From contig OY282360.1 in assembly GCA_958295675.1 (NCBI GenBank), forward strand, positions 594,026-658,025: DNA of 64,000 nucleotides, in the 5' to 3' direction. The first letter of the stretch is position 1. Each line of letters opens with the position of its first letter. The notes below the pieces were generated by a model that was given only the letters and a program-made list of their open reading frames with translations, made no database searches and had not been told where the DNA came from. Below are positions 52,576 through 63,559 of the stretch, one piece after another. Both the position numbers and the translations under genes were made by a program. The DNA is from Minisyncoccota bacterium (GTDB lineage Bacteria; Patescibacteriota; Minisyncoccia; Phycocordibacterales; JABAAK01).

Positions 52576-52966
52576 ACATTCATTGCGCATATTCAACGAA
52601 ACCGGCATTCGGGTACCGAGAAAAAAAATAGTCGCCATATATGACAACCTGCTGAAAAAGAAATATCCGCTGAATATCATATGTATTAATGACGCATTTT
52701 CGCGAAAATTGAACAAAACTTACAGAAAAAAGAATGAAGCGACGAACATTCTCACTTTTCCGGCGAATAATACACCTACAGGAACCTCTGCTGCGGAGAT
52801 GTATATAAATATGGATAGAGTTCTCCGGGAAGCAAAAAAGACAGATACAACACCGACGCGGCAGATTATATTTCTCGCCATCCACGGCATGCTGCACCTC
52901 CTCGGACACAAACACGGCAATGTCATGGAGCATCTGGAGGATGTATACACCAAAAAATTTATGTAA
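52568..52966 (+). CDS. ybeY: rRNA maturation RNase YbeY
   Basis: LNKTYRKK, TNILTF and IHGMLHLLGHKH motifs. Confidence 0.93.
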   Translation: MAKHSLRIFNETGIRVPRKKIVAIYDNLLKKKYPLNIICINDAFSRKLNKTYRKKNEATNILTFPANNTPTGTSAAEMYINMDRVLREAKKTDTTPTRQIIFLAIHGMLHLLGHKHGNVMEHLEDVYTKKFM

Positions 52967-52976
52967 TCATACAAGT

Positions 52977-54185
52977 ATGAAGCAAAAAGCACAGAATATC
53001 GTTATCCTTGATATCGGCAGTGCCAACCTAAAAGGATTGCTCGGATCTTTTAACAATGAAACATCAGAAAAAAAAGCATTTTTTGAACTGCAAGGCGCGG
53101 TACACAGAACAAACGGTCTCTCAAACGACGGCATTGTGAGAAACAAAAAAATGCTGAGCGAATCTGTTGAGCATGTATGCGAGACACTCAGTTCGTTTTC
53201 AGGATACGATATAGAAAATATATATGTACTGCATACGAACCCGAATACACGCCTGTTGACAAAAACAATAGGAATAAACGCGGTCAAAAACCCTGAAGGT
53301 GTGTATATAACCGAAGAATGGATCAGAGACAAACAGGAACGCATAAAAACGCTTATCACAAAAACATACAAACAGGAAGTATGCACATACTTCACCATCC
53401 AATCCATCATCGCCGACGGAGAAGAGATCATACACGACAATCCGTACGAGCATGTTGCAACCGGTTCAATTCAGATCACATATAGTTTTACACTCACCCC
53501 GGCAATCTTCACTGAAAATATGCGGGAAAGTATTGAAAAAGTGGCGAACACGAAATTGATTCAACCGACTGCCATAGCAAACGGATTTTTTCTGACAAAC
53601 AGACAAAGAGAGCGCGGAGCAATTCTGTGCGACATCGGAGCGAACTTTACCGCCATCACTGTATGCAGGGACAATACCATCATCGGTATACACACTATCC
53701 CGTTCGGCGGCAACACCATCACTGATATAATAGCGCTGAAACAAAAAATAGCAATAGAAGAGGCGGAAGAACTGAAATGCGTGCTGCGCGATGAAAAAAC
53801 GATGCTCAAAAAAAGAGACACACAATCTGTTAATAAAAAAATAACGGATATTCTCAAAAAAAACTTGACACCATATATACATCGGATAGATCCGAAAAAG
53901 AATTTTCCGGGCGGTATCGTTCTCATCGGTGGCGGATCACGCTATCCGTATATGGAGCAGATAATTGAAAAACTGACAGGATTACATGCAGTACGGGCAA
54001 AATCATCATTCCACATCCAAAGCCAGCGGCATAACACACAGGACACATGGCAGTCCGCCTATGCCATGCTCCAGTCACTTGCCGCACAAACAACAAATAC
54101 AGGATTTATAAAACAGCAAAAACAGAATGCGTGGTGGCATCAACCGATTAATTGGATGAATAAAATATCACGAATGATACACTAA
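52977..54185 (+). CDS. ftsA: Cell division protein FtsA (divergent)
   Basis: ILDIGS, CDIGA, PFGGNTIT and GIVLIGGGS motifs; upstream of ftsZ. Confidence 0.9.
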   Translation: MKQKAQNIVILDIGSANLKGLLGSFNNETSEKKAFFELQGAVHRTNGLSNDGIVRNKKMLSESVEHVCETLSSFSGYDIENIYVLHTNPNTRLLTKTIGINAVKNPEGVYITEEWIRDKQERIKTLITKTYKQEVCTYFTIQSIIADGEEIIHDNPYEHVATGSIQITYSFTLTPAIFTENMRESIEKVANTKLIQPTAIANGFFLTNRQRERGAILCDIGANFTAITVCRDNTIIGIHTIPFGGNTITDIIALKQKIAIEEAEELKCVLRDEKTMLKKRDTQSVNKKITDILKKNLTPYIHRIDPKKNFPGGIVLIGGGSRYPYMEQIIEKLTGLHAVRAKSSFHIQSQRHNTQDTWQSAYAMLQSLAAQTTNTGFIKQQKQNAWWHQPINWMNKISRMIH

Positions 54186-54417
54186 CATCCGTCAATCTTG
54201 CGAAATAGGCATATATCCCACTATAACCTAATATCCGGTAAAACAGTTGTTGTGAACAAAGCGTGAAAATAAACAGAGGAGGATTTATTAACTTTTTTGA
54301 TATAATTTGATATAAAACGGTGTAATAGGTGAGTATCGTTAGGGTGTCAGGGGATACACCTCGCGGAATAAGCGTTGAACTGGTGAATATATTCTGTTTG
54401 GTGTATAGTGTCTGTAT

Positions 54418-55596
54418 ATGAAAAAGGTTGAAGCACCGACAAGCGAGACATTTGCCAGAATTCGTGTCATAGGTGTCGGTGGATCGGGGAAAAACGCCAC
54501 AAATCATATGATAAAAATCGGAGTTCCGGGCGTTGAATTCATCGCGGCAAACACCGATGCACAGGATTTACAATACTCAAAAGCGGAAAAGAAGATACAC
54601 CTCGGCAAACGAACCACCAAAGGACTGGGAACCGGTATGAATCCGATATTGGGCAAGACCGCGGGAGAAGAATCCCTTGCCGAGGTCAACGAAATGCTGA
54701 AAGGTGGTGATTTGGCGTTCATTGCCTGCGGCATGGGCGGCGGCACCGGCACCGGTGCGGCCCCTGTCATAGCAAAAGCGGCAATGGATCTGGATATACT
54801 CACTGTCGCGGTGGTAACCAAACCGTTCACTTTTGAAGGCGGAAAACGGCGGACACTTGCTGAGGATGGGATTAAAGAATTAGCGCGAAACACGGATTCC
54901 ATGGTTATCATCCCGAACGACAACATCCTGTCCATAGCTGATGACAAAACAACTATGGCGGATGCGTTTGTTCTGAGCGATACCGTACTGTTACAGGCGG
55001 TCAGCGGTATATCCCAGCTCATTATGAAACCGGGCGATATCAATATTGATTTTGCGGATATACGAGCCATTTTAGAAGGATCCGGCATTTCATTGCTCGG
55101 ACTTGGTATCGGACGGGGCGTGAATAAGGCGGAAATAGCGGTGACACGGGCGGTGTCTTCCCCGCTCCTTGAAACATCAATCAAAGGTGCGAAACGCGTG
55201 CTTTTTTCTATCGCATCAAAATCACGAAATGAAATCACAATGCAGGAAGTACGAACTATAGCAGAACGAATAACGGAATCAGTTGATCCGGATGCGAAAA
55301 TAATTTTCGGAACTTCAACGGATAGAGATTTAAGGCAGGGTGAAATCCGTGTTACATTGATAGCAACTGCTTTTGACCAAAAAGAATCACCGGAAGTAAA
55401 AACAGAAAAAATAACCGAAGAGGAAGAATCAAAGAAAATAGAAAAGACACCTGAACGATTGAGAAACTTTACAATAGAGGACAGCAGTTTGGAAGACGAA
55501 ATCATACTCGGAGACGAAATAATTGACGACGGGGTTGAGGATAACAACATTGAAAAAGATACACCGAAATGGAAAAAGTTATGGAACAAAAAGTAG
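54418..55596 (+). CDS. ftsZ: Cell division protein FtsZ
   Basis: GVGGSG, NTDAQ, GGGTGTG and INIDFAD motifs. Confidence 0.98.
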   Translation: MKKVEAPTSETFARIRVIGVGGSGKNATNHMIKIGVPGVEFIAANTDAQDLQYSKAEKKIHLGKRTTKGLGTGMNPILGKTAGEESLAEVNEMLKGGDLAFIACGMGGGTGTGAAPVIAKAAMDLDILTVAVVTKPFTFEGGKRRTLAEDGIKELARNTDSMVIIPNDNILSIADDKTTMADAFVLSDTVLLQAVSGISQLIMKPGDINIDFADIRAILEGSGISLLGLGIGRGVNKAEIAVTRAVSSPLLETSIKGAKRVLFSIASKSRNEITMQEVRTIAERITESVDPDAKIIFGTSTDRDLRQGEIRVTLIATAFDQKESPEVKTEKITEEEESKKIEKTPERLRNFTIEDSSLEDEIILGDEIIDDGVEDNNIEKDTPKWKKLWNKK

Positions 55597-56504
55597 AACT
55601 ATTGATAATAGGTGCCGGACCCGCGGGAACTGCGGCTGGCGTGTATGCGGCACGCAAATATCTCAAAACACTCCTGATAACAGAAACATACGGCGGTCAG
55701 AGCACGGTATCACCGGATATAAGAAACTGGATAGGAACACCGAGTGTCAGCGGAAATGACCTCGCAAAAGCATTCAAGGCACACCTTAAGGATTATGAGG
55801 GCGATATACTTTCAGTTATTGAGACCAAAGTCACCGGTATAAAAAAAGAGGGTGACGGGTGGAAAGCAGCTTTGGAAAACGGTGATACCGTCACCGCGGA
55901 AACACTCCTGCTTGCCGCCGGTGCGGACAGACGGCGGCTCACGGTTCCCGGAGCGGATGAATTTGAACACAAGGGACTTACCTATTGCGCATCATGCGAC
56001 GGACCGCTGTTCGCGGAAAAAGATGTGGTGGTTATCGGCGGCGGTAACGCCGGTTTTGAAACGGCTGCGCAATTATTAGCATATGCGAAAAGTGTCACAC
56101 TCCTTCACCGCAGTAACACATACCGAGCGGACCCAATTACCGTTAAAAAAGTTCTTGACCATTCAAATATGACCGGCATAACAAACGCAAATATTACCGC
56201 CGTGCTGGGAGACGGATTGGTAACAGGTATCACATACGAAAAAGACGGGAAAGAGGAAAAACTCGCCGTTGAAGGTGTATTTGTTGAAATCGGTCTGATA
56301 CCGTCAACCGAGATTGTTCGCGGGTTGCTGGATATGGATGAGATACGCAGAGTTGTGGTTGATCCGAAAACACAACAGACAAGCGATAAAAGAGCATGGG
56401 CGGCCGGAGATTGCAGTGACGGCATGTTTCATCAGAATAATATAGCCGCGGGAGATGCAGTGAAAGCATTGGAACACATTTATCTTACACTTCGGGCGAA
56501 ATAG
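55581..56504 (+). CDS. Thioredoxin reductase/AhpF-C-terminal-like FAD disulfide oxidoreductase
   Basis: GAGPAG, YCASCDG, GGGNAG and AAGD motifs. Confidence 0.92.
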   Translation: MEQKVELLIIGAGPAGTAAGVYAARKYLKTLLITETYGGQSTVSPDIRNWIGTPSVSGNDLAKAFKAHLKDYEGDILSVIETKVTGIKKEGDGWKAALENGDTVTAETLLLAAGADRRRLTVPGADEFEHKGLTYCASCDGPLFAEKDVVVIGGGNAGFETAAQLLAYAKSVTLLHRSNTYRADPITVKKVLDHSNMTGITNANITAVLGDGLVTGITYEKDGKEEKLAVEGVFVEIGLIPSTEIVRGLLDMDEIRRVVVDPKTQQTSDKRAWAAGDCSDGMFHQNNIAAGDAVKALEHIYLTLRAK

Positions 56505-58659
56505 CATCAGGCCACGACTCAATCATAATCAAATCATACTTCTTATACCCATCCTTCGGAATATGCGCCCACACTGCCTCCGTCAAAAACGGCATAAACG
56601 GATGCAGTACCCGAAGCGACTCGGTATACACACTCATCAACAGCGCTTTCTTTGACCGTTTCACGGCATCATCATCCCCGTTAAGCGCAGTTTTACTTTC
56701 CTCAACAACAGTATCGGCAAAGGTGTGCCATATATAATGATATATCTTCTCGCCCGCCAGGTGATAACGGTATTGCTCCATATCATCTGTAATTTCAGCA
56801 ACAAGCGAACGCCATGCGCGCAGCACTGTCTTATCTCCATCAACCAACAACATATTGTCGGTATCAGCATCAGCGGCTTCAGAAAGCACAAACCGTCCGA
56901 TGTTCCACACCTTATTCGCAAATTTTTTATATCCGCGTATTTTGTCCGTTGAAAAATTGATGCTGTCACCCGGCACATTTCCCGCAATATATGCCATCCG
57001 CAGCGCATCTGTGCCGTACTCGCCGGCAACCGTAACAGGGTCAATTACATTCCCTTTTGACTTGCTCATCTTCTCGCCCTTTTCGTCCCGAACCATACCG
57101 TGCAGATACACGCGCCGAAACGGAACCTTGCCGGTGCGGTACAGACCGAGCATAATCATGCGCAACACCCAAAAAAACAAAATATCATGTCCGGTCTCAA
57201 TCACATCGGTCGGATACCGCTTTGCATAATCCGCGCCGTCAGGATAACCGAGCGCAATGAACGGCAGCTGCCCGGACGAGAACCATGTATCAAAAGTGTC
57301 CGCATCCGGCGTGACCTCGCCGCCACACTCCGTGCAGGAATGTATCGTATCCTCAATATCAACCATACCGTGACCGCATTTGACGCACAATTTCGCGGGA
57401 ATGGAGATGCCCCACACAATCTGACGGGAAATGTTCCAGTCCTGAATATTCTCCAGCCAATGCAACGCAATTCGTTTATACCGCTCTGTAACAAATGACA
57501 CATCATTATTCTCAATTGCGGATACCGCTTTTTTTGCCAGCGGTTTCATACGGATAAACCATTGCTTTTTCAGTTGCGGTTCAATCTCCCGACCACACTT
57601 ATAGCAGGTCGGCACAGTGTGGGTGTACGATTCATCAACACGCGTAAGCAACCCTTTCTTTTGCATCATTTCAACAATCTTCCCGCGCGCATCACGAATA
57701 TCCATACCGGCAAACTCACCGGCAACAGGCAGCAATTTTCCTCGATCATCAATAATCTGCTCATACGCCAAACCGTGCCGCTGCGCTATCTCCCAATCAA
57801 CCGCCGAATGCCAAGGTGTGATAGTCATAGCACCGCTTCCCTTTTCAGGATCACTTGCTTCATCCTTTATCACGGTCGCTGTAATCGGTCCGTTCATCCA
57901 CTCAACTGCAATGGTTTGTCCGTGCTCATACGCGCTATACCGCTCATCATCCGGATGCACTACCACATACTTATCACCGAATTTGGTCTCGGGACGGACA
58001 GTGCCGATAACAAACGGTCCGTACTGAAAGTAGTAAAATGGATCCATCCGCTCTTCGTATACCAATTCAAGATCTGAAAAACCTGTCTGATGTTTCGGAC
58101 ACCAATGCGCGGTCCGAAGGTTCCGGTACAGCAAACCGTCCTCCTCAAGCTGGGCAAATGATGTATATACTTCTTTTTTCACCCTATCATCCAGTGTAAA
58201 CACCTCCCGGGACCAATCACAACTCGCGCCGAGTACGCGTAACTGTCCCTGCATCTCCTTCTTATGATCCAGAGTGAATTGCAGCATCTCATCATACAAT
58301 TCTTCACGGGACAAATCAAAACGAGACCGTCCTTCTTTCGCAAGGTATTTCTCGTATACCACTTGTGTCTCAAAACCGGCATGATCGGAGCCGGGAAGCC
58401 ACAGCGAACCCTTGCCGCACATACGATTATACCGAATCATTGTGTCCTGCAGGGTAACAAAGAACGCATGACCGGCATGCAGTAATCCGTTCGCATTTGG
58501 CGGCGGCATAATGACGGTGAACGGCTGACGCTCCTCTCCGGGCAGATTGTCAGGATTAAAGTAGCCGCTTGCTTCCCATGTTTTATACAGCAATTCTTCC
58601 TTTTGAGCGTGATTGTAGGGAGAGAGAAACTCCTCGGGAATATCAAGTGCCCCTTTCAT
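56485..58659 (-). CDS. valS: Valine--tRNA ligase (no C-terminal coiled coil)
   Basis: PPPNANGLLHAGH, DWNISRQIVWG, DTWFSS and KMSKS motifs. Confidence 0.95.
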   Translation of the reverse strand: MKGALDIPEEFLSPYNHAQKEELLYKTWEASGYFNPDNLPGEERQPFTVIMPPPNANGLLHAGHAFFVTLQDTMIRYNRMCGKGSLWLPGSDHAGFETQVVYEKYLAKEGRSRFDLSREELYDEMLQFTLDHKKEMQGQLRVLGASCDWSREVFTLDDRVKKEVYTSFAQLEEDGLLYRNLRTAHWCPKHQTGFSDLELVYEERMDPFYYFQYGPFVIGTVRPETKFGDKYVVVHPDDERYSAYEHGQTIAVEWMNGPITATVIKDEASDPEKGSGAMTITPWHSAVDWEIAQRHGLAYEQIIDDRGKLLPVAGEFAGMDIRDARGKIVEMMQKKGLLTRVDESYTHTVPTCYKCGREIEPQLKKQWFIRMKPLAKKAVSAIENNDVSFVTERYKRIALHWLENIQDWNISRQIVWGISIPAKLCVKCGHGMVDIEDTIHSCTECGGEVTPDADTFDTWFSSGQLPFIALGYPDGADYAKRYPTDVIETGHDILFFWVLRMIMLGLYRTGKVPFRRVYLHGMVRDEKGEKMSKSKGNVIDPVTVAGEYGTDALRMAYIAGNVPGDSINFSTDKIRGYKKFANKVWNIGRFVLSEAADADTDNMLLVDGDKTVLRAWRSLVAEITDDMEQYRYHLAGEKIYHYIWHTFADTVVEESKTALNGDDDAVKRSKKALLMSVYTESLRVLHPFMPFLTEAVWAHIPKDGYKKYDLIMIESWPDAISPEV

Positions 58660-58798
58660 ACAGCACAGTGTAGCATACACAGCAATGAAATCATCGCGCT
58701 CAATATATCTTAAAACAGCACGGAAAAAAAGCGGCAATAAGAAAAATAACGTATACAAGAACAAAAATGTTTGATATATAGGGTACACTACCTTCGGT

Positions 58799-59737
58799 AT
58801 GGCGGATATATGTGAAGAATTGCGGAAACAGTTACATAAGTTGGATACACTGCGGGAATCCTGTGTCTCCACACTTATCAGAGAAGGGGTAGAATCTGAC
58901 ACAACGAAGGAAACAATCAGGAAATTTGATACGCTTGCGGAAGAATTGCGTGATGCTGCGGTATTCTACAGAAAGCCGTATAGTGAGCGTTTGGACGGCA
59001 TAGAGCGTAAAATAAATAATGATGAGAACTTGAATGAGAACTTGACAAAGTGGGAGTGCCGGGTGCTATACTGTGTGGACAATGAGCATCCGAGAAGTTT
59101 CAATACTCGTGAGGGAGAAAGGCAATTTTTTCTAGAGAAAAGGAGAAGTGATATACAAAAGAAACAGGATCTCGCGCTCGCGTTTGACACCATACCTGAT
59201 CGTATTTCCGTGACTAAAGAAGAGGCACTTTCCGGTACCATACGATACCATTACGGTGATCTGTATGACGATGAAATCACCTCAACAAACGGACTCATCT
59301 TGCCGGAAGAGATCAGGGGCAGTCTACACTTCATCTCTCTCACATCCGCAAACAATTTCATTTTTCCGAAGAGGATCGGTACGGATCTAATACTCTCCAA
59401 TCTCACCTCAGCAAAAAATGTCACCCTACCAGAAGAAGTTGGTGTCACTCTAGACCTTGCCAAACTCACTTCCTCCGAGAAATTAACATTACCGGAGAAG
59501 GTCGGCGGCAATTTGGATCTTGGAAGTCTTACTTCTGCTAACAATCTTGCGCTACCGAAGAAAATTGGTGGTATTCTGGATGTCCGCGGTCTTACCACTA
59601 TCCAAGGTATCACCAATTGGCCATCAAATGATGACAGGTTTAACCCGGTTGGAGTGTGTGTAAACAAAAAACTACCACAGAAAGAGAAAGAAGGACTGGA
59701 AAAACGGTATCCGAATCGGGTTATTAATAGTTACTGA
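58799..59737 (+). CDS. Leucine-rich-repeat-like protein (~22-aa repeats)
   Basis: About six repeats of LPExVGGxLxLxxLTSA after a helical N-terminus. Confidence 0.75.
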   Translation: MADICEELRKQLHKLDTLRESCVSTLIREGVESDTTKETIRKFDTLAEELRDAAVFYRKPYSERLDGIERKINNDENLNENLTKWECRVLYCVDNEHPRSFNTREGERQFFLEKRRSDIQKKQDLALAFDTIPDRISVTKEEALSGTIRYHYGDLYDDEITSTNGLILPEEIRGSLHFISLTSANNFIFPKRIGTDLILSNLTSAKNVTLPEEVGVTLDLAKLTSSEKLTLPEKVGGNLDLGSLTSANNLALPKKIGGILDVRGLTTIQGITNWPSNDDRFNPVGVCVNKKLPQKEKEGLEKRYPNRVINSY

Positions 59738-59754
59738 AACGCAGCCATTTCCGT

Positions 59755-60921
59755 TCATTCAATAACATCTTCAGAAACTGGTTCAGTGGATTCATCGGAA
59801 AAACCATCCTCGTGATCATCATCAACGCTTTCAAATTCTTCTTCGTTACTGAAACCGTCATCTTGCTCATCCCCTACATTGTCATCAGACACACCGTCAT
59901 CACCTTCGTTATCATCTCCTTCCAGATCTTCAACACTACCGGCGCGCCCACCGATATATTGATCCCGCACACTGTCAATGTACTTTGCCTTCTTTATAAG
60001 ATGTTGATCGTATGTCTCGCTAAAATAAGTATTTCCGTGGAAATCAGCTAAAAAGAACATATCATCGGATTCAATCGGATTAAGTACCGCCTCTATCGCT
60101 TCCCTGCTCGGATTGCCGATTGGTATGGACGGTATACCCTTGTATTTGTAAGTATTTGAAGGATCATCAATGGTCAAATCACCCTTGCTCAACTGAAAAG
60201 TATGCTTGCCGGCTATAAAAAGAAAAGAGACATCAACCTGCAGCGGTAAATCTTTCTCTAACCGATTAAACAGCACACCCGCTATCCGCCGCCGATCTTC
60301 CTGGCGATTAGCTTCAAGCTCAACAATGGATGCCAATGCGACAATTTCATCCTGTGTAAGCGGTCCTTCATACGATTCAAACAAATCATCAGTCCGGCGT
60401 TTGAATGTCTCTGTCATGACAGCAATAAGATTTTTTGCGGACACACCGTCCGCGGTGAAAAAATAGGTATCGGGATACAGGTAGCCATGCTTGCTGATTG
60501 ATCGCTCTTCGAATTTCTCCCTATCAAAATTGGAAAAACTCTCCTCCAAAATATCAGCGATTTCATAAAGATTGCTTCCCTCGGGGACAGCAATTCGTTT
60601 GAAAGGAGCGTTCTTATCGCCTACATACATTTTCCTCGCCCGCGTAAACACACCCCGCGGCTCAGACAGATGATACGAACCCCACAAAATTTTTCCGCCA
60701 ACGAGATAATTTGAGACAATGAATAAGGTCTGAGAATTAACAATGTGTTTCTCACGCATCTGTTCGGCGATGGTACGGATATTCTCACCCTCAGAAACAA
60801 TGAACACCTGCGGATAGTATGCTCTATCATCCAGAGACGGAGTGAACAGCAGAATACAGAGACAAAAAAGAGTGAACGCAAAACCAAATGCGGTATACCA
60901 AAAAAATGTGGGATGCGACAT
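59755..60921 (-). CDS. mltG: Endolytic transglycosylase MltG with acidic tail
   Basis: GYLYPDTY, LASIVELE, NRL...LQVD and NTYKYKGIP motifs. Confidence 0.93.
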   Translation of the reverse strand: MSHPTFFWYTAFGFAFTLFCLCILLFTPSLDDRAYYPQVFIVSEGENIRTIAEQMREKHIVNSQTLFIVSNYLVGGKILWGSYHLSEPRGVFTRARKMYVGDKNAPFKRIAVPEGSNLYEIADILEESFSNFDREKFEERSISKHGYLYPDTYFFTADGVSAKNLIAVMTETFKRRTDDLFESYEGPLTQDEIVALASIVELEANRQEDRRRIAGVLFNRLEKDLPLQVDVSFLFIAGKHTFQLSKGDLTIDDPSNTYKYKGIPSIPIGNPSREAIEAVLNPIESDDMFFLADFHGNTYFSETYDQHLIKKAKYIDSVRDQYIGGRAGSVEDLEGDDNEGDDGVSDDNVGDEQDDGFSNEEEFESVDDDHEDGFSDESTEPVSEDVIE

Positions 60922-60977
60922 AGTAGTACAAGTATACCCTGTTCATAGAAACACCACGAGGATGTGCAATATAACCG

Positions 60978-62450
60978 TTAAACAGGGAGATTTTCCGGCG
61001 GTTCCACGGTAGTTGACAGAGTCCGTTGGACTGATGGCGTGCGTACATGCACAGTGGGAAAATGACACACCGTCGTCAATGTTTCAGTAGTCATGACAGT
61101 TGCAATACGCTTTCTTGACGGTTCCCGCAGTTTTTTTGACCATCGCCGCTCATCAGCGGCACAGTAGGCGTACAGAGCGGGTGCGTACCAAAACATGCGA
61201 TCACGAAAAAGTTGAAGAAGCAATTGTTTTTCCGCATCCTTATCACGACGGGGCGGTTCTAACGACGGAACATTATATACATCATCAAGAAGAGTGCCGT
61301 GCGGAACAAAGGAGTTATCCTCGGTCTTGGTCAGTTTATAAATCGCGGTCATCGGCGTGATACGAGCCGGTGTGAACACATTCTTTGAAGCGACATATAT
61401 CAGCCGAATGCCGACCTCAAGCGCCTGCTTCTCCCGCAGTCGCGGACCAATCTCCTGCAGCCGTTTCTCGGACTGTGTAAGTACCACGGAATCAGCGCCG
61501 TCCTCGCGCCCGCTCCGTATTTTCTTCTCCAATGCAACAAGCGCGTTTTGTATCTCTTTAGGAAGCTTTTGCTTATTCCAATACTCACGATCCAGAGGAT
61601 TATCAGCGGCATCTTCCGGCTGTCGCGGATACTTTTGTGTTCGGAAAACATACTGCAGCCACATTTGCTCGTCTCCCCGTATAGATCCGAAAAAATCGTA
61701 CAAAGATGCGAGCGGATCAACGAGCGGCTGGGGTTGCTGAGCCGGCAAACTGGTGCCGGACAATGCGCCGGGGCTCTGGCGCTTCTCAAGCTGAAATTCA
61801 ACATAAGTTTTTATCGGCAATGCATTGTTTGATTCAAATTTCCATTCAAACGCGAACATGCTGTGGGTCTCTTCATCATACTCAATATCGTATGTATAAT
61901 CATCAATTTCAAGAATCTGTGCTTTAGGATAGAATGCAAAAATGGCCGAGCGTACCGCGTCAACCCAAAAAGCGCGAGTGCTAATGATGAATGCCACACT
62001 CCCGCCACGGGATACAATTTCAAAAGAATACACAGGTCGTTTCCTTCCGTTCCACCACACCGGAAACCACAGCGATTCACCGCTGCCGTAAGAAATCATT
62101 TCAAGCACAGCCTCCATATTTGCCAGGGTCTCCTGTGTATTGTCCGGAACACGCACCTCCAGTATTTTCCTTTCTTCGGTGAGATACGCCAACTGCTGCT
62201 TATACCGACCGATTTCAATATAGGCATAGAGTGCTGCGGCAATAAGGAGAATAACAATTGACGAAAAGACAAGAAAAACGGGCAGAAATTTAAGCGCGGC
62301 AAATGCCGACGGATTTGTAAAGAATGCGTCAATCGGATACGCAGGAGTCAGAATATTGTAAACGAGAAATGCGGCGTATGCGAGAAACAGCGCCATAAAG
62401 CCGACCTTGGCGAACGGAACGAATATATTGTCTCTGAAGATAGTGAACAC
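60978..62450 (-). CDS. Conserved hypothetical membrane-anchored protein
   Basis: Two N-terminal TM segments; LEVRVP, YSFEIVS, YPKAQI, LPIKTY and PPENLP motifs of a family I associate with CPR genomes. Confidence 0.7.
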   Translation of the reverse strand: MFTIFRDNIFVPFAKVGFMALFLAYAAFLVYNILTPAYPIDAFFTNPSAFAALKFLPVFLVFSSIVILLIAAALYAYIEIGRYKQQLAYLTEERKILEVRVPDNTQETLANMEAVLEMISYGSGESLWFPVWWNGRKRPVYSFEIVSRGGSVAFIISTRAFWVDAVRSAIFAFYPKAQILEIDDYTYDIEYDEETHSMFAFEWKFESNNALPIKTYVEFQLEKRQSPGALSGTSLPAQQPQPLVDPLASLYDFFGSIRGDEQMWLQYVFRTQKYPRQPEDAADNPLDREYWNKQKLPKEIQNALVALEKKIRSGREDGADSVVLTQSEKRLQEIGPRLREKQALEVGIRLIYVASKNVFTPARITPMTAIYKLTKTEDNSFVPHGTLLDDVYNVPSLEPPRRDKDAEKQLLLQLFRDRMFWYAPALYAYCAADERRWSKKLREPSRKRIATVMTTETLTTVCHFPTVHVRTPSVQRTLSTTVEPPENLPV

Positions 62451-62518
62451 AATACGATGTAAATAGTAACACCTTCAGTATACGGCAGAAATTCCGCCCC
62501 CACGCTCCCGCACGGGTT

Positions 62519-63559
62519 TTATGTCCGTACGGGAGGATTTTTCTCAACAAAATGATATCGATTGCTATCGTCTCTCATAAACCTATCTTTCTTATAGAGC
62601 GACAGAATAACCGATTGGGGCTGCACACGGCGATGCTGGCGAACATAATCAATCACCTCGTCCCGTGTCATAGGACCTTTTTCCTTCATGCCGGCAACAA
62701 TAACATCATAGATAGTACCGGGGTAATATCCCATGCTTGCAAGCGCATACAGACCGCGACCTACCAGCACAAAACTCTCATTTCGTACCAATTCGTTGTG
62801 ACAACTTTCCAAGTTACATGCCTTACCTTCACGCATAGATCCGATCCGTTTTGAGATCTCAGAAAAGTGCAACGGCTCACCGGCCTCGCGAAGCACAAGA
62901 CTGATAAATCCACCGAGGTTGGACAGTGAAATTTCAGGGTGCGTACGCAGTCCCCACTCGCCCTTGGCATTGGAATCAATCTTCTTAGACAGTTTTGCAA
63001 TGCTGTCGTGCTGCGGAACCGACTCATACGACGCAGTAATGGTCTTGTACACTTTCTTAAACTCATCATCAGTCATAAGATTGTTCTCATCTTTCTCAAA
63101 CTCTTGATGCATAATCTGCATGATCTCATCAACCGTCTTTTTGTGACTCTGATCAGCGTACCAATACTTCTCCGCATCATCCGTCTCAGCAGACAGATGG
63201 AAATTATTCCCCACATCAAGCAAAAGCCGCACATAGTTCTTTTCAGTGTTGGTCGCGAGATTACAGGAGAGGCAGAGAGTTTCCTCATCCACAGCACCGC
63301 CGCATGCGTGCAACGCCTGCTCAAGGTTAGTGATAGTAGACGCGAGATGACGGATGCAATCGTCCTGTTGAAGCCGTTTAACCACATTATTCTGAATCTG
63401 ACGGATTCGTTCCCTAGTCAGTGAGTATTCATCAGCAATTTCCTGCAAAGTCCGATACCTCTTCCCGTCCAGTCCAAAGCGCAGAACAATAACCTCACGC
63501 TGCTGTTCGCTAAGCGCTTCCAATGCTTTATCTACTGGTTGTTTGATTTGCAGTTTCAT
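62519..63559 (-). CDS. Sigma-70 region 4 HTH protein with C-terminal winged-helix domain
   Basis: REVIVLRFGL..TLQEIA..LTRERIRQI; PLHFSEI..HNELV..FVLVGRGLYAL. Confidence 0.85.
   Translation of the reverse strand: MKLQIKQPVDKALEALSEQQREVIVLRFGLDGKRYRTLQEIADEYSLTRERIRQIQNNVVKRLQQDDCIRHLASTITNLEQALHACGGAVDEETLCLSCNLATNTEKNYVRLLLDVGNNFHLSAETDDAEKYWYADQSHKKTVDEIMQIMHQEFEKDENNLMTDDEFKKVYKTITASYESVPQHDSIAKLSKKIDSNAKGEWGLRTHPEISLSNLGGFISLVLREAGEPLHFSEISKRIGSMREGKACNLESCHNELVRNESFVLVGRGLYALASMGYYPGTIYDVIVAGMKEKGPMTRDEVIDYVRQHRRVQPQSVILSLYKKDRFMRDDSNRYHFVEKNPPVRT

Noticed and set aside
54504-55589. 361-aa antisense ORF
   Set aside because: Antisense shadow of ftsZ with no recognisable motifs.
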